64,000 nucleotides of DNA, from NCBI GenBank assembly GCA_965218695.1, contig OZ244651.1:1824001-1888000 (forward strand), given 5' to 3'. The notes below the pieces were generated by a model. It saw nothing but the letters and a program-made list of their open reading frames with translations. It was not told where the DNA came from and did no database searches. A program made the translations under genes and the position numbers. The DNA is from Nitrosopumilus sp. (lineage in GTDB: Archaea > Thermoproteota > Nitrososphaeria > Nitrososphaerales > Nitrosopumilaceae). Shown here piece by piece: positions 1 through 10,761 of the stretch (its first letter is position 1; each line of letters begins with the position of its first letter).

Positions 1-1125
1 TGGTCGTTTTTGAGCCGTTTTCATCTAGTGGTGCATGGCATCCGCTGGAACCGGAAACCGGCATTCTGCCCCTACCGGGACCCCTATGCTATCAGGTTGT
101 AGCAGATGCTTCGCAGGATTATCTGGAGTCTCTGCATGGGAAACGTCTTTGCGGCCACGACGGAACCGAACCTCTCCTTCATGGATGAGAACACGGACTC
201 GACAAGACTGCGCTGGTGGTACACCTTCTCGAACCCTTCCCGATCCCGCCTGAACCAGCGGAGCATCTCTGCCCTGGGATTGAAGCCCTTTGCGGTGTGG
301 TTCTTGCGGGGCCAGATCACCGGTTTTCTGCCGCTGTCGTAGATCATCTTGCAGTTTGCGTGCGCGTCATACGCCGAATCCAGCATGACGTGCCCGTCGC
401 CGTCTGGCGTGCGGGCAAACATCTTCCGGAATATCGGCGAGTCGTGGGCAAGTCCGGGCGTCACCATGCATGCGGCGATCCTTCCGTGCGGGGCTACCAG
501 TATGTGCAGCTTGACGAACTGACGCCTGGGTATGATGCCCTTCTTGGCATCCTCCCAGTCGGCGTAGATGTTGATGGAAAATCCGCTTGCGTCCCCAAGG
601 AGCGGACCGTGAGCGTCACTCCCTGCCTGTCCCAGGATCACTTCCATCAGAATCTTCTGCTTTTCTGCCAGCCTCTTGGCTGCCGCATGCAGGCACGATT
701 TGGACGGAACGGCTTTTAAGCCGCAGACGTGCAGTGAACCTGGGTTTGCCTCGAGGTACGAGACGTGTTCCCGGTACGAGTTGCCGCGAAACTCCTTGTC
801 CATGAGGCAGATCAAGTAGGAGATCATGCGCCGGTCCTTGTCGGACTTGGGCTTGCAGATCTCGTACAGGATGGTGGTAAGGGCGAGGATTCCGATTGAC
901 ACTCGTTTCCCCTCCCCACTCCTTCGCATCTCGTATTTTTTGCTGTAGCCTTTCGGGCGCACCCATTTCTTCTTGTCTTCCTTGTCTCTGTTCTTTGCTT
1001 TCCTCTTTTTTCTATTGGAATTCATTAATTGTGGGCAGGATCGGTGATCCAAAACTTTTCGGATGTCTGACGCTAATGATCTTTAAGCGTAACGCTGCTT
1101 TTTTGAGGAAGATGTGGACAACGCC
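1..1125 (-). mobile_element. IS5-family insertion sequence (other end outside the window)
   Basis: IS5-like terminus GGCGTTGTCCAC on the minus strand ending at 1125; contains the DDE transposase at 84..1052. Confidence 0.8.
84..1052 (-). CDS. IS5-family DDE transposase
   Basis: Motifs LLGDASG, VKLHILV, MLDSAYD and YHQRSLVESVFSSMK (YREK-type). Confidence 0.9.
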   Translation of the reverse strand: MDHRSCPQLMNSNRKKRKAKNRDKEDKKKWVRPKGYSKKYEMRRSGEGKRVSIGILALTTILYEICKPKSDKDRRMISYLICLMDKEFRGNSYREHVSYLEANPGSLHVCGLKAVPSKSCLHAAAKRLAEKQKILMEVILGQAGSDAHGPLLGDASGFSINIYADWEDAKKGIIPRRQFVKLHILVAPHGRIAACMVTPGLAHDSPIFRKMFARTPDGDGHVMLDSAYDAHANCKMIYDSGRKPVIWPRKNHTAKGFNPRAEMLRWFRRDREGFEKVYHQRSLVESVFSSMKERFGSVVAAKTFPMQRLQIILRSICYNLIA

Positions 1126-2034
1126 TACGGATAATGCTACTATTAAATATGATGACGTGTCAACCCTGTGGTATTATGAAGAAAACCGCATGGTATTTGA
1201 TTCGGGATGATAAAAAATATAGGCAGTCTTTAAATGACTTCCTAATAAAGGTGAACTAAAAATTTGGAAGATTTTCCAAAGCCTAATGGCATCTTTGTAA
1301 AAACAGACAAGAGACTCGATTCATTTGTTCCAAATCTTTTACCGCCCGAATTGGATTTGACCAAACTGATGGTGTATGCCAATGAGGCAAGTCATCTGAT
1401 TGGAACGTTAAACGGGTTTGGCAGACACCTCCAAAACCCGCATTTGCTGATAAGACCGCAATTGATGAAAGAGGCTGTGCAGAGTTCTAAAATAGAGGGC
1501 TCTCAAGTTTCACTGTCTGATCTTTACCGTTATGAGATAGGAATCCGAGATAAACAAGACGGCGTCATGGATTCAGAAGAGGTCAGTAACTATGTGGATG
1601 CGCTTGAAGTTTCCCTAGAAAAAGTGGGAGACGGCGCAGTTTTGAATCTGGAACTAATCAATGAATGCCACAAAATACTGTTACGCGGAGTCAGAGGCAA
1701 CTACACGAACATAGGAAAACTACGTGAACAGCAAAATTTTATCGGCAGAACTTCAAGGATTGAGGAGGCAAGATACATTCCCCCGGTTCCCTCAAAGGTT
1801 CCCGAACTGATGGAAAACCTGATTAGTTTTATGGATTCGCCCCCACATAATATCTCCCCATTACTACAATAGAAGCCATGCGTAATCCCTCCATTTCGTT
1901 GGGTTAAACCAGAAAAACCAGAAAATATTAAAAATTCTAATTTAATTATCGCCATGTTAGCCATGTGGGGATCCTGTCCTGCCAGAAATACAAAATAACG
2001 TGCGCAACCTTGCAGCACCACGATGTGCACGGAA

Positions 2035-3348
2035 TTAATTGTTTGAAACGGCGCTGCCGGGGACGTTTGCCTCTTCCCAGTTTATTACCGGCCCCAGCGT
2101 GCTACCTGAAGGAGGTCCTTTCTTCATCTGGTTCCACAGGAGGTCCAGGTTTACGAGTCCGGTTATTATGTTAAATTCTCTGTTAAAGTCGCCAATCTTT
2201 CCCTTGTATGGCGCGGTAAGCCGGCCGTACCGCTTCAGCCTGCCGATGGAGTGCTCCACCTTTACCCGGGCGGAATTGATTTTGTGGTTGTGCTCCTTTT
2301 CCTCCTTTGTAAAGCGCTTGTGGTTCTTGGTCTTCTTGTGCGGCTGCAGGGTGTTTGTTCCGGGCAGATCCTTTGCGATTCCCTTGTAGCCGCGGTCAGT
2401 AAGGGTGTGGACCCTGTCCTCTTCGGGGGTGTCCTCGTCGCACATGCGGTCCCACCATTTTCCAAACGGCAGCGGGCTCTCCCTGAGCAGCGTAATGTCG
2501 TGGACGGATCCCACGGTGCTGCCGGATATGGCAACTATCACCCCGTTTTCATTTATGCAGACTGTGGTGTTGAGCGTGAATTTCTTCTTCTTGCCCGAAT
2601 ACATCATGCTCCTCATCTGTTTTTCGTCCGGCCTCTGTATGGGGCAGTGCGTGCCGTCGATCATCATGATGCCCCCGTCAGGCCCGGAAATTATTTTTTT
2701 GAGATCCTCTTTTGTCTCCGTGTCCTCTATCTCCTTTGAGATGTTGGCAGCGGTGGGCAGCACCGCCTCAAGCACCCCGTCTAGTACATCGATATACCGG
2801 GACACGGTCGCCTGGTCTATTCCAAAGAATGCCGCAAGCGCGCCCTGCGTGGGGTTGCCCTTTTTGTACATCAGTGACATGAGTAGCGCGTGCCTTGGGT
2901 ACAGCTTGCAGCGGTTCCCGGGATCCGACGCCCTCGTCTCGTCGTTCCTGAAGAGCGGGGATTTGCCGCTTTGTCTTATCCATGCCTCGGCCCTGTCAAG
3001 TATGTACTGGAATTGCCCCCTGCCCTTCAGCGTCGCGTCATGAAGCTTCTTCCCGACGCCGATGACGTCGTCAAACACCTCCACGCGGTGCAGCAGGGCG
3101 GGCTCCCCTGCGGCTCCGGACTCGGAGCCGTCCCGCGTGCTCCACAGGCTTTGCTCGTGCTTGGCGGCTGCCTCCAAGCGCTTGATGTCAGCGTCCTGGC
3201 GCTTGATGTCAGCGTCCTGGCGCTTGATGTCAGCGTCCTGGCGCTTGATCATGTCTCTGAGAGCCTTGTTCTCTTTTTGCAGGTCACTTGTTTTCTGTTC
3301 CGACAACAGTATGAACCGGCATATTCTGGTTTTAATTGGATGGATCAT
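2035..3348 (-). CDS. IS5/ISL2-group transposase (coiled coil, HTH, DDE)
   Basis: Motifs IDGTHCPIQRP, YSGKKK, HDITLL, TDRGYKG and RVKVEHSIGRLK. Confidence 0.92.
   Translation of the reverse strand: MIHPIKTRICRFILLSEQKTSDLQKENKALRDMIKRQDADIKRQDADIKRQDADIKRLEAAAKHEQSLWSTRDGSESGAAGEPALLHRVEVFDDVIGVGKKLHDATLKGRGQFQYILDRAEAWIRQSGKSPLFRNDETRASDPGNRCKLYPRHALLMSLMYKKGNPTQGALAAFFGIDQATVSRYIDVLDGVLEAVLPTAANISKEIEDTETKEDLKKIISGPDGGIMMIDGTHCPIQRPDEKQMRSMMYSGKKKKFTLNTTVCINENGVIVAISGSTVGSVHDITLLRESPLPFGKWWDRMCDEDTPEEDRVHTLTDRGYKGIAKDLPGTNTLQPHKKTKNHKRFTKEEKEHNHKINSARVKVEHSIGRLKRYGRLTAPYKGKIGDFNREFNIITGLVNLDLLWNQMKKGPPSGSTLGPVINWEEANVPGSAVSNN
3178..3249 (-). repeat. 21-bp tandem repeat (about 3.4 units) encoding the IKRQDAD heptad
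   Basis: GCTTGATGTCAGCGTCCTGGC repeated; the same array is in copy B at about 26780-26851. Confidence 0.9.
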
Positions 3349-4276
3349 AAATTTTTGACAGCAGGGCTAACATGTCAGCGCGGAGTTTGAAAAAGTTCCG
3401 GATTACGCATATTTTCTAATGTGCCATCGTTCACTACCAGTTCGAATCAATTCACCCATATGAAGATGGCAATGGTCGAATAGGAAGGTTGCTGATACCG
3501 CTGATGCTGGCAGACAGGAAATTGCTAAGTGTCCCGTTACTTTATCTGAGTGGATACATCGAACAACACAAGGAGCAATACTATGACTTGCTGATGAATG
3601 TAAGTACTAAAAGCCAATGGGTCGAATGGATTAAGTTTTTCCTGTCGGCTGTCATTCACCAAGCGCGGTATTCCATAGATCTAATTGAAAAATTAAACGC
3701 ATTACGCGATGAGTATCGGGAGAAAACTAATGTTAAACGAATCTCGGGCACGGTAATCAAAATAGTGGATATGCTGTTTGAGAGTCCAATCATAACAAGA
3801 AGACGTGTTGCAGATGAATTTGGGGTAAGCGAATTGGCTGCAAGAAATGGAATAAACAAACTGGTGGATTTAGGAATTTTGAAAGATGTGGGAATAATAA
3901 AGACCAAAAAAGTCTACATTGCCGAAGAGATTTACCGGATGATAAACTTCTGATGTGCCCGAATGGCCCAATGTATACCACCGAAACAAAAATCGAGAAC
4001 ATGATAGTCATAGATGGGTTGTATTTGCTGAATATGGGTTTGAACGACAGGGCAGCAAAGCAGATTTTGAGAAGATGTACTACGACGGATACATGGGGCC
4101 GGGGCGCAATCATCCAAACCTGAAGAGATCCGGCAGTATCATTGTGCTGTCTTTTTTTGGTTCCCAGAATGCCGTATCGTAAGGTCAGGACGGCAGTCAT
4201 ATGCCTGTTGGAAACTGCCCGGGCATGCACCGTGACAACACAGGATGCGGTCTGCCAAGATGCAGCCCCGCAAGAC

Positions 4277-5629
4277 TCATGCCCCCAGATTGTCGTTTAT
4301 CCTGTCGAGCTTTTGCAGGTTCCTTTCAGAACCGATATCGCGCCTGTACTCCAGCTTGCCCTGCAGACACGTGTCTATGGCCCTGTCCACCAGGGATGAT
4401 GCCCCGGGGATCGTCTCGGATACGGCACAGAACGCGACTGCGCGTGATTTTTTGAGCGTCTTGTACCTGTGATCACCCGTCCTCACGCATGAGGCAAAGA
4501 ACGTCTTCACTCCCAGGCCGGCTATGGCCTTCTCGTCAAGGGTGAAATGGATCTCGCTGCTGCTTGCATCCGGATACTCCTTGGCCACCATATACTTGAC
4601 TACGCTTGCCATTCCGTCAAAGGACACCTCATCCTCGGAGAGTGTCTGGTTCCACACATGCACCAGCAGTTCAGAGAAGGATCCCTTGAGAACGCTGAGT
4701 ATGTTGAGTACCTCTGGATCACCAAAGCGCCCGTTAAACTCCATGAATCTGATGCCGTTCTTCGTCTTGAAGAAGCCGCCGTTGAGAACGCCGATGAACG
4801 GGTGGTTCTGCGATCCCATCTCGTCGATAATGGTCTGCATGATGTAACGGCAGTCGTCCAGATCCTTCCCGCTCATGAATGGCAGCCTTTTTTCCGAGTT
4901 GGTAAAGCAGCCCATGCCGCCTGTTCCTGCACCCCGGTCATCGTCATACCGGAACGGGTAGTCGTAACTGGCAGGGCAGGCCACAAGGGTTCTGCCGTCG
5001 GTAATCCCCATGATGGTAAACTCTATCCCCTCCAGTCTCTCCACTAGCAGGACCTCTTCGCTGCTGTTCCTCTCAAGTAGAAGGCAGGCGTAGCCTGCGC
5101 AGTCCCGGTAGGTAGGCAGGTGCTCTGGCATCACCTTGACGCCCTTGCCGCCTGTAAGGCCCTGGGGCTTTACCACCACGTCAACCCCCTTGGACTTGAA
5201 TTCAGATAGGGCCGCCTCGACCTCCTCTGCACTCGAGACGATCCTGTGGAACGGCGTAAACTCCGGACATACCTTCTGCATCACCCCAATGGAGTAGACC
5301 TTGTCCCATTCGATGCGTGTTGCAGCCCTTGTCCCGCCTATCGCCTTAAAGCCGTTCTCCAACAGCACATCAACGACGCCGTTGGCCAGGGGCTGGTCGG
5401 CGTTGACAAAGGTATAGTCGATGCCGTGCTCTCTTGCAAATCCCAGAACAGTCTGCGGGTCGTTGGCATCGCCAATCGCATATTCCCCGCCGGACCGCTC
5501 CACGCAGTCCACGATTGACGGGTTCTTGTGAGACATTACGGCATAAAGTTGCGTGTCTTCCATGAGACGCATGGCAAAGATGCCCTCGCGCCCGCCGCTC
5601 CCAACAATGAGGAATTTTTTCCTGTTCAC
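4277..5629 (-). CDS. purD: phosphoribosylamine--glycine ligase
   Basis: GSGGRE, VVKPQGLTGGKGV, TGGMG and EFNGRFGDPE motifs. Confidence 0.93.
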   Translation of the reverse strand: MNRKKFLIVGSGGREGIFAMRLMEDTQLYAVMSHKNPSIVDCVERSGGEYAIGDANDPQTVLGFAREHGIDYTFVNADQPLANGVVDVLLENGFKAIGGTRAATRIEWDKVYSIGVMQKVCPEFTPFHRIVSSAEEVEAALSEFKSKGVDVVVKPQGLTGGKGVKVMPEHLPTYRDCAGYACLLLERNSSEEVLLVERLEGIEFTIMGITDGRTLVACPASYDYPFRYDDDRGAGTGGMGCFTNSEKRLPFMSGKDLDDCRYIMQTIIDEMGSQNHPFIGVLNGGFFKTKNGIRFMEFNGRFGDPEVLNILSVLKGSFSELLVHVWNQTLSEDEVSFDGMASVVKYMVAKEYPDASSSEIHFTLDEKAIAGLGVKTFFASCVRTGDHRYKTLKKSRAVAFCAVSETIPGASSLVDRAIDTCLQGKLEYRRDIGSERNLQKLDRINDNLGA

Positions 5630-5738
5630 AATGCGGGGTTGAGCGTCAGATTAAAAAAAGATTCGGACTTGCGTCTGCATGTGTGTGTGTGGACACACGC
5701 ATGGAACAGGCCGTCCGGAGAACGGCTCCAAAGTGATT

Positions 5739-5951
5739 CTAGGCGTGTTTATCACCCAGGCTGGCTATCAAGTCTGTCTGTATTGATGCCATCTCCGGCA
5801 GCGACGCAATAAAGTCGATTGAGCCGCCCGTGATGTCAATCCCGAACATGAAGCGTAACATGCCGTCGACCAGAATCGTCCCGATTACAGCCCCGCCAAT
5901 ATAGAACAATAATGAATGTCTTCTTTTAGGCTCCTCGTACCCCTCGGACAT
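5739..5951 (-). CDS. small membrane protein, hypothetical
   Basis: 70-aa ORF with one hydrophobic segment (LLFYIGGAVIGTILV). Confidence 0.5.
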   Translation of the reverse strand: MSEGYEEPKRRHSLLFYIGGAVIGTILVDGMLRFMFGIDITGGSIDFIASLPEMASIQTDLIASLGDKHA

Positions 5952-6116
5952 GGTATCAGGTGACTCGATACAATAAAAGGGCAGATTTCAGTAGAATGGC
6001 TCCCCCAGGGGGGCGGTTCGGCTATAGGGATGACTTCTCGTGGGGGACTCTTCCATGGGATGGCCCGGCAGTATGCCGGTATCCCCGTACATGCATGCGG
6101 GCCGGGTTTTGTGATT

Positions 6117-6677
6117 CTAGACGGAACTTCCATACAGATGCCGGTTCCACCTCTCCCTGGCCTGCGGAAGCTCTGCAAGAAGCCACTGGTACCACTTTAC
6201 AAACTCCCTGGTCTCGTCTTGAATGTACTCTTCAATCTCTGCGTATCTGCCGGTGCCATACCAGTTCGGCACCGACGTGCCGCTCTGCCTCTTGCCGGTA
6301 ATCTTGTCAAGGCCCGAGTCCCTGAACTCGCCGCGGTTCATCATGATTCCGACGCTGTGCAGATCCACACACGGATGCGACAGCACGTCTATCTCCGGCA
6401 GCCCGTGCATCCGGGACTTTGCAAGCAGGAACCTGTGCTCAAACCCCAGGTTGTAGCCGACGGGGATAAAGTCAAACTTGTACATGTTGGTTATGGGGGT
6501 GCCATAAACAAGCTGGGAGAGCATTCCTCTCTCCCCGAGTTCCCACTCCTTGAGTATGGACAGCTCGCCGACGGGCCTTCCCGTTCCGCGCTCCAGCTCC
6601 TGATACTGGATGGTAATGATGCTGCTGTTGCCCGGATCCAGACCTGTAGTCTCTATGTCCAGATAATAATTGGCCAT
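6117..6677 (-). CDS. RNase H-like / DEDD exonuclease-domain protein
   Basis: YLDIETTG and VGYNLGFE motifs; ATG at 6677 preferred over the longer ORF call. Confidence 0.75.
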   Translation of the reverse strand: MANYYLDIETTGLDPGNSSIITIQYQELERGTGRPVGELSILKEWELGERGMLSQLVYGTPITNMYKFDFIPVGYNLGFEHRFLLAKSRMHGLPEIDVLSHPCVDLHSVGIMMNRGEFRDSGLDKITGKRQSGTSVPNWYGTGRYAEIEEYIQDETREFVKWYQWLLAELPQARERWNRHLYGSSV

Positions 6678-6791
6678 ACCGGGGTTGGCTCTATCATGTT
6701 TAAATACGAATTGGCCTCTCCTCCTCCCGCATGACCACACACTAGGAAGTCACGTATGGCGGTTCAGGCAGAACCCAGGACGAGACACCTA

Positions 6792-7415
6792 TTACCAGGA
6801 CTGGTCAAACCGGGCCGGATCCACCAGGTTGAGCCCGGATACCAGAAACTTCCCGTCACTCTCCCGAAAGACGTTGAGGGATCCGTTTGCTATTATCAGC
6901 TCAAAGAGGTTCTCAGGGGAGAGGCTGAGCGTGCTTGAGAGCATCGCCTTTATGGGGTCCATGTGGGTTACCAGCACCACGTTTTTGTCCGGATGTGCCT
7001 TCGTGACATGGCTGACCATCTCCTGTACGCGCTTTTTGACCTGCGCAAATGTCTCCACCCCGTTGTGCGCAATCTCCAGCTCCCCGTTGTAAAACTTTAG
7101 GAACACGTTACCGTGATTCTCGTATATCGCATTGTACCCCATTCCGGTAAACTTGCCCATGTCAAGCTCAGTCAGGTGCTCGTCAATGGTGACATCGACG
7201 GAGTTTGCATGTCCCACGATTCTGGCAGTGTCACTTGCCCTCTGAATCGGGCTGGAATACACCGCAGATATCTTCATGTCGCCCAGCAGTTCTGCTGCAT
7301 GCTCTGCCTGCCTTGTTCCCTCATCAGTCAGCGGGAATCCCGGCGTCCTTCCTGCCAGAATCTTCTCCACGTTGTTTTTTGCCTGGCCGTGCCGCAGGAA
7401 GATGATATTTCCCAA
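6792..7415 (-). CDS. histidine phosphatase (phosphoglycerate mutase-like) family protein
   Basis: LRHGQA, YSSPIQRA and VLVTH motifs; TTG start assumed. Confidence 0.88.
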   Translation of the reverse strand: MGNIIFLRHGQAKNNVEKILAGRTPGFPLTDEGTRQAEHAAELLGDMKISAVYSSPIQRASDTARIVGHANSVDVTIDEHLTELDMGKFTGMGYNAIYENHGNVFLKFYNGELEIAHNGVETFAQVKKRVQEMVSHVTKAHPDKNVVLVTHMDPIKAMLSSTLSLSPENLFELIIANGSLNVFRESDGKFLVSGLNLVDPARFDQSW

Positions 7416-7465
7416 CCTGTCCAAGATTCAAATAGAGCTAATAATAACATTATCAGAGAATCATC

Positions 7466-8137
7466 ATGAAGGTAGGCATTATTGGCGGGACCGGCGGAAT
7501 GGGCAAGGGATTTGCCCTGAGATGGTCACAGAACCACGATGTCATTGTCGGCTCAAGGGATGCTGCACGGGCATCTGATGCCGCTGCAGAGTATACAAAA
7601 TTGGCAACAGAGGCGTATGGCCGAATAAATGGGACCATCACCGGAAACGACAACGTCTCAGTTGCCAGGGAGAGTGACGTGCTTATCCTGTCAATCCAGT
7701 ATGAGAATATCGACTCGACGTGCTCTGTAATACTGCCTGAAACAAGGGAGGACTGCGTGGTGGTATCCCCGATAGTTCCAATGACAAAGACCGATGTGGG
7801 ATTCGAGTTCATTCCAATCAAGGAGGGCAAGCCGTTCTCGTACCAGATGGTCTCAAAGCACATCAGGGATCCTTCAATGCTCGTCTCTGCGTTTCACGTG
7901 ATATCAGAAAAAAAGCTTGCAAACCCCAAGCTGGTGCTTGACTATGACATATTTGTCTGCGGGGACGGCAAGGAGGCGGTGAATACTGTCAACTCCCTGA
8001 TAGGCGAGATCGAGGGGCTCAGGCCGATCTATCTGGGGCCAGGGGAACTTTCATACATGGCAGAGATTTCCACGCCGCTGCTCCTCAACGCAATGATACG
8101 CAACAAGATAAGAAACCCCGGCATCAAGATCGTCTGA
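7466..8137 (+). CDS. npdG: F420-dependent NADP+ oxidoreductase
   Basis: MKVGIIGGTGGMGKG, IVGSR and VSAFH motifs. Confidence 0.88.
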   Translation: MKVGIIGGTGGMGKGFALRWSQNHDVIVGSRDAARASDAAAEYTKLATEAYGRINGTITGNDNVSVARESDVLILSIQYENIDSTCSVILPETREDCVVVSPIVPMTKTDVGFEFIPIKEGKPFSYQMVSKHIRDPSMLVSAFHVISEKKLANPKLVLDYDIFVCGDGKEAVNTVNSLIGEIEGLRPIYLGPGELSYMAEISTPLLLNAMIRNKIRNPGIKIV

Positions 8138-8143
8138 ACGGAA

Positions 8144-8772
<629 letters not shown>

Positions 8773-8789
<17 letters not shown>

Positions 8790-9954
8790 CAAAGTCCTCA
8801 ATCTTGGCCAGGGCCCGCTCCAGCACGTCCATTCTCGGAAGGTACACCAGCCTGAAATGGCCGCTGCCGTACGTCGTGCCGAACCCGGAACCGTGCACCG
8901 TCAGGACTCCTTTTGACTCCAGCAGGTTCAGGACGAACTCCTTGTCGGTTCCAAGGGCGTCGTCTTCTATCTTGGGAAACGCGTAAAACGAGCCGCGCGG
9001 GGTCGGGCAGGAGAGCCCGGGGATCTCGTTGAGCCTCCTTATCACAAAGTCCCTGTGAATCCTAACCTGGGAGACAAAGTCTTGTATGTACCCCTGCGGG
9101 CCGCGGAGGGATTCAAGGGCGGCATACTGGAAGGGGAGGTTCGTGGCTATTCTCACCCTTGCCAGTTTGGGCAGGTGCTCGCGTATTGCCTCAAGCCTGG
9201 GGGACTGGTTGAATGCAATGTATCCCACGCGCCAGCCGGACATGAGGTGTACCTTGGAGAACCCATTAAGTACGATTATCGGCAGGTCCTGTGATACGCT
9301 GCCCACTCCTGCAAACTTGCCGTCAAAGATTATCTGGTCGTATATCTCGTCGCATATGATGTACAGGTCGTGCTCGGCTGCGACATCTACCAACTCCTGA
9401 AGGGACTTTCTGTCAAATACGGCGCCCGTTGGGTTGTTGGGGCTGATGAGGCATATCGCGATGGTTCTTGGCGTGATCTTTGATCTTATGTCGTCTATGT
9501 CAGGCGTGGAGTTTTCCAGATCCACTGCAAACTCTATAGGAATGCCGCCGTGCAGGCGGACGTATGATGCGTACGGCGGATAGTATGGTCCGGACAGCAG
9601 AACCTCGTCGCCGTCCTCGACTATGGAGGACATTACCATGTCAAGGCCTTCGGAGACTCCGTTGGTGATCAGGATGTCGTCTGCGCCGGCTGTCAGCCCC
9701 TTGGATGCCTCCTTTTGCGCGATTGCCTCCCGGAGTTCGGGGATGCCCTCTGACGGGGAGTAGTAGTTGTCGCCGCGATTAATGGCATCAATCAGCGCCT
9801 GCCTGACGTTGTCAGGCGGCTGAAAGCCAAACTGGACCGGGTCGCCAATATTGAGATAGTCTACCTGCATCCCCCTCTGCTGCACGTTTCTTGCCGCAAG
9901 CACCACGTCCCTGATGGCATATTCGACTTCTGCGACCTTCCTTGAGATCTTCAA
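8773..9954 (-). CDS. class I/II PLP-dependent aminotransferase (AlaA-like)
   Basis: YAIRD, LNIGDP, SPNNPTG, CDEIYD and GFSKVHLMSGWRVG motifs. Start taken as TTG at 9954 because the longer ORF runs through a tRNA. Confidence 0.9.
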
Positions 9955-9998
9955 AGTGCTTAGACAGGTATTTAGACACGTTAAAGTCTTATCTTTTC

Positions 9999-10073
9999 GG
10001 ACTCGTAGCACAGTCAGGATAGTGCGGGCGGCTTCGGACCGCCAGGTCGAGGGATCGAAGCCCTCCGAGCCCT
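9999..10073 (+). tRNA. tRNA-Arg(UCG)
   Basis: Cloverleaf: acceptor GGACTCG/CGAGCCC, D stem GCAC/GTGC, anticodon stem GGCGG/CCGCC with loop CT-TCG-GA, T stem GAGGG/CCCTC. No intron and no encoded CCA. Confidence 0.93.
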
Positions 10074-10269
10074 CTTTAATTACACATGGCAGCAGCCATC
10101 CATGTCCCACCATCCGAGCATGGCGTGGTGGGGAGGGGAACAAATTACTGCCGGCAGAATCTGCGCACATGTCCTGTTGTGCTGCATAATCATCAGGATT
10201 CATGCCGGATCTCCCATCAAGAGCGGCACTCAGATGACATTATAAGGCGCGATCTGCACCGGTGATAAA

Positions 10270-10761
10270 GTGAAGGCATCCGTGTTCAGAATAGGACTAG
10301 CACTGGTGATCATCGGCATGGTCTGGATATCACTCGTGTTTGCAGGGGCCGAAAAGACCCACATGGTCACCCTCCTAAAGCAGTCAGAATCAGCCGAGAT
10401 GGGCATGGGATTTTCCGGTACGGGCATAGGGTTCTATCGCATCCACATGCCGGAGTTTGCCGGAGACGAAGTGTTTGTGCAGGTGCGGGATCCTGCCAAC
10501 AACGTAATGCAGGAGCAGATGGTTCAGACAAGGATGTCGGTGGGCTACTTTGAGTTTGATGCAGACGGAAGGCATTCGGTCATACTGACAAACGTCTCCG
10601 GGGATCCGATTATGCTTGAGGCGGATCTCGGGGAGACTGACTCACAAGAGATGATGCCTGCAGGAATCATGATTCTGGCAGGGTCTGCGGCCATGATGGT
10701 GATGGCGTACCTGAGGATCACTGCCTACAGCACAGAGCAGCCCGACGAGAATATCTCATAG
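10270..10761 (+). CDS. membrane-anchored hypothetical protein (N- and C-terminal TM helices)
   Basis: Hydrophobic segments at both ends around a beta-rich middle. Confidence 0.7.
   Translation: MKASVFRIGLALVIIGMVWISLVFAGAEKTHMVTLLKQSESAEMGMGFSGTGIGFYRIHMPEFAGDEVFVQVRDPANNVMQEQMVQTRMSVGYFEFDADGRHSVILTNVSGDPIMLEADLGETDSQEMMPAGIMILAGSAAMMVMAYLRITAYSTEQPDENIS

Larger units (their letters stand above)
1871..3417 (-). mobile_element. IS5-family (ISL2/PIF-like) element, copy A, 1547 bp
   Basis: Imperfect TIRs AGAAGCCATGCGTAATCC / GGATTACGCATATTTTCT; AAT duplicated at 1868-1870 and 3418-3420. Confidence 0.93.
1264..3953 (+). pseudogene. Fic-family protein (N-terminal Fic_N region, Fic domain, C-terminal HTH) interrupted by an IS
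   Basis: Joining 1264..1870 and 3421..3953 gives a 379-aa open frame reading ...PLLQ|CAIVHYQFESIHPYEDGNGRIGR (canonical Fic motif). An inhibitory-type SSKIEG motif lies in the N-terminal part. Confidence 0.92.

Noticed and set aside
3955-4182. 75-aa ORF after the Fic gene as an antitoxin or partner
   Set aside because: No recognisable motif; the Fic protein carries its own inhibitory-type motif.
9955-10203. N-terminal extension of the aminotransferase ORF (476-aa call)
   Set aside because: It runs antisense through tRNA-Arg; the family-like sequence begins at the TTG at 9954.
10074-10260. Integrated element at the tRNA-Arg 3' end
   Set aside because: No integrase and no duplicated tRNA 3' end seen in the window.
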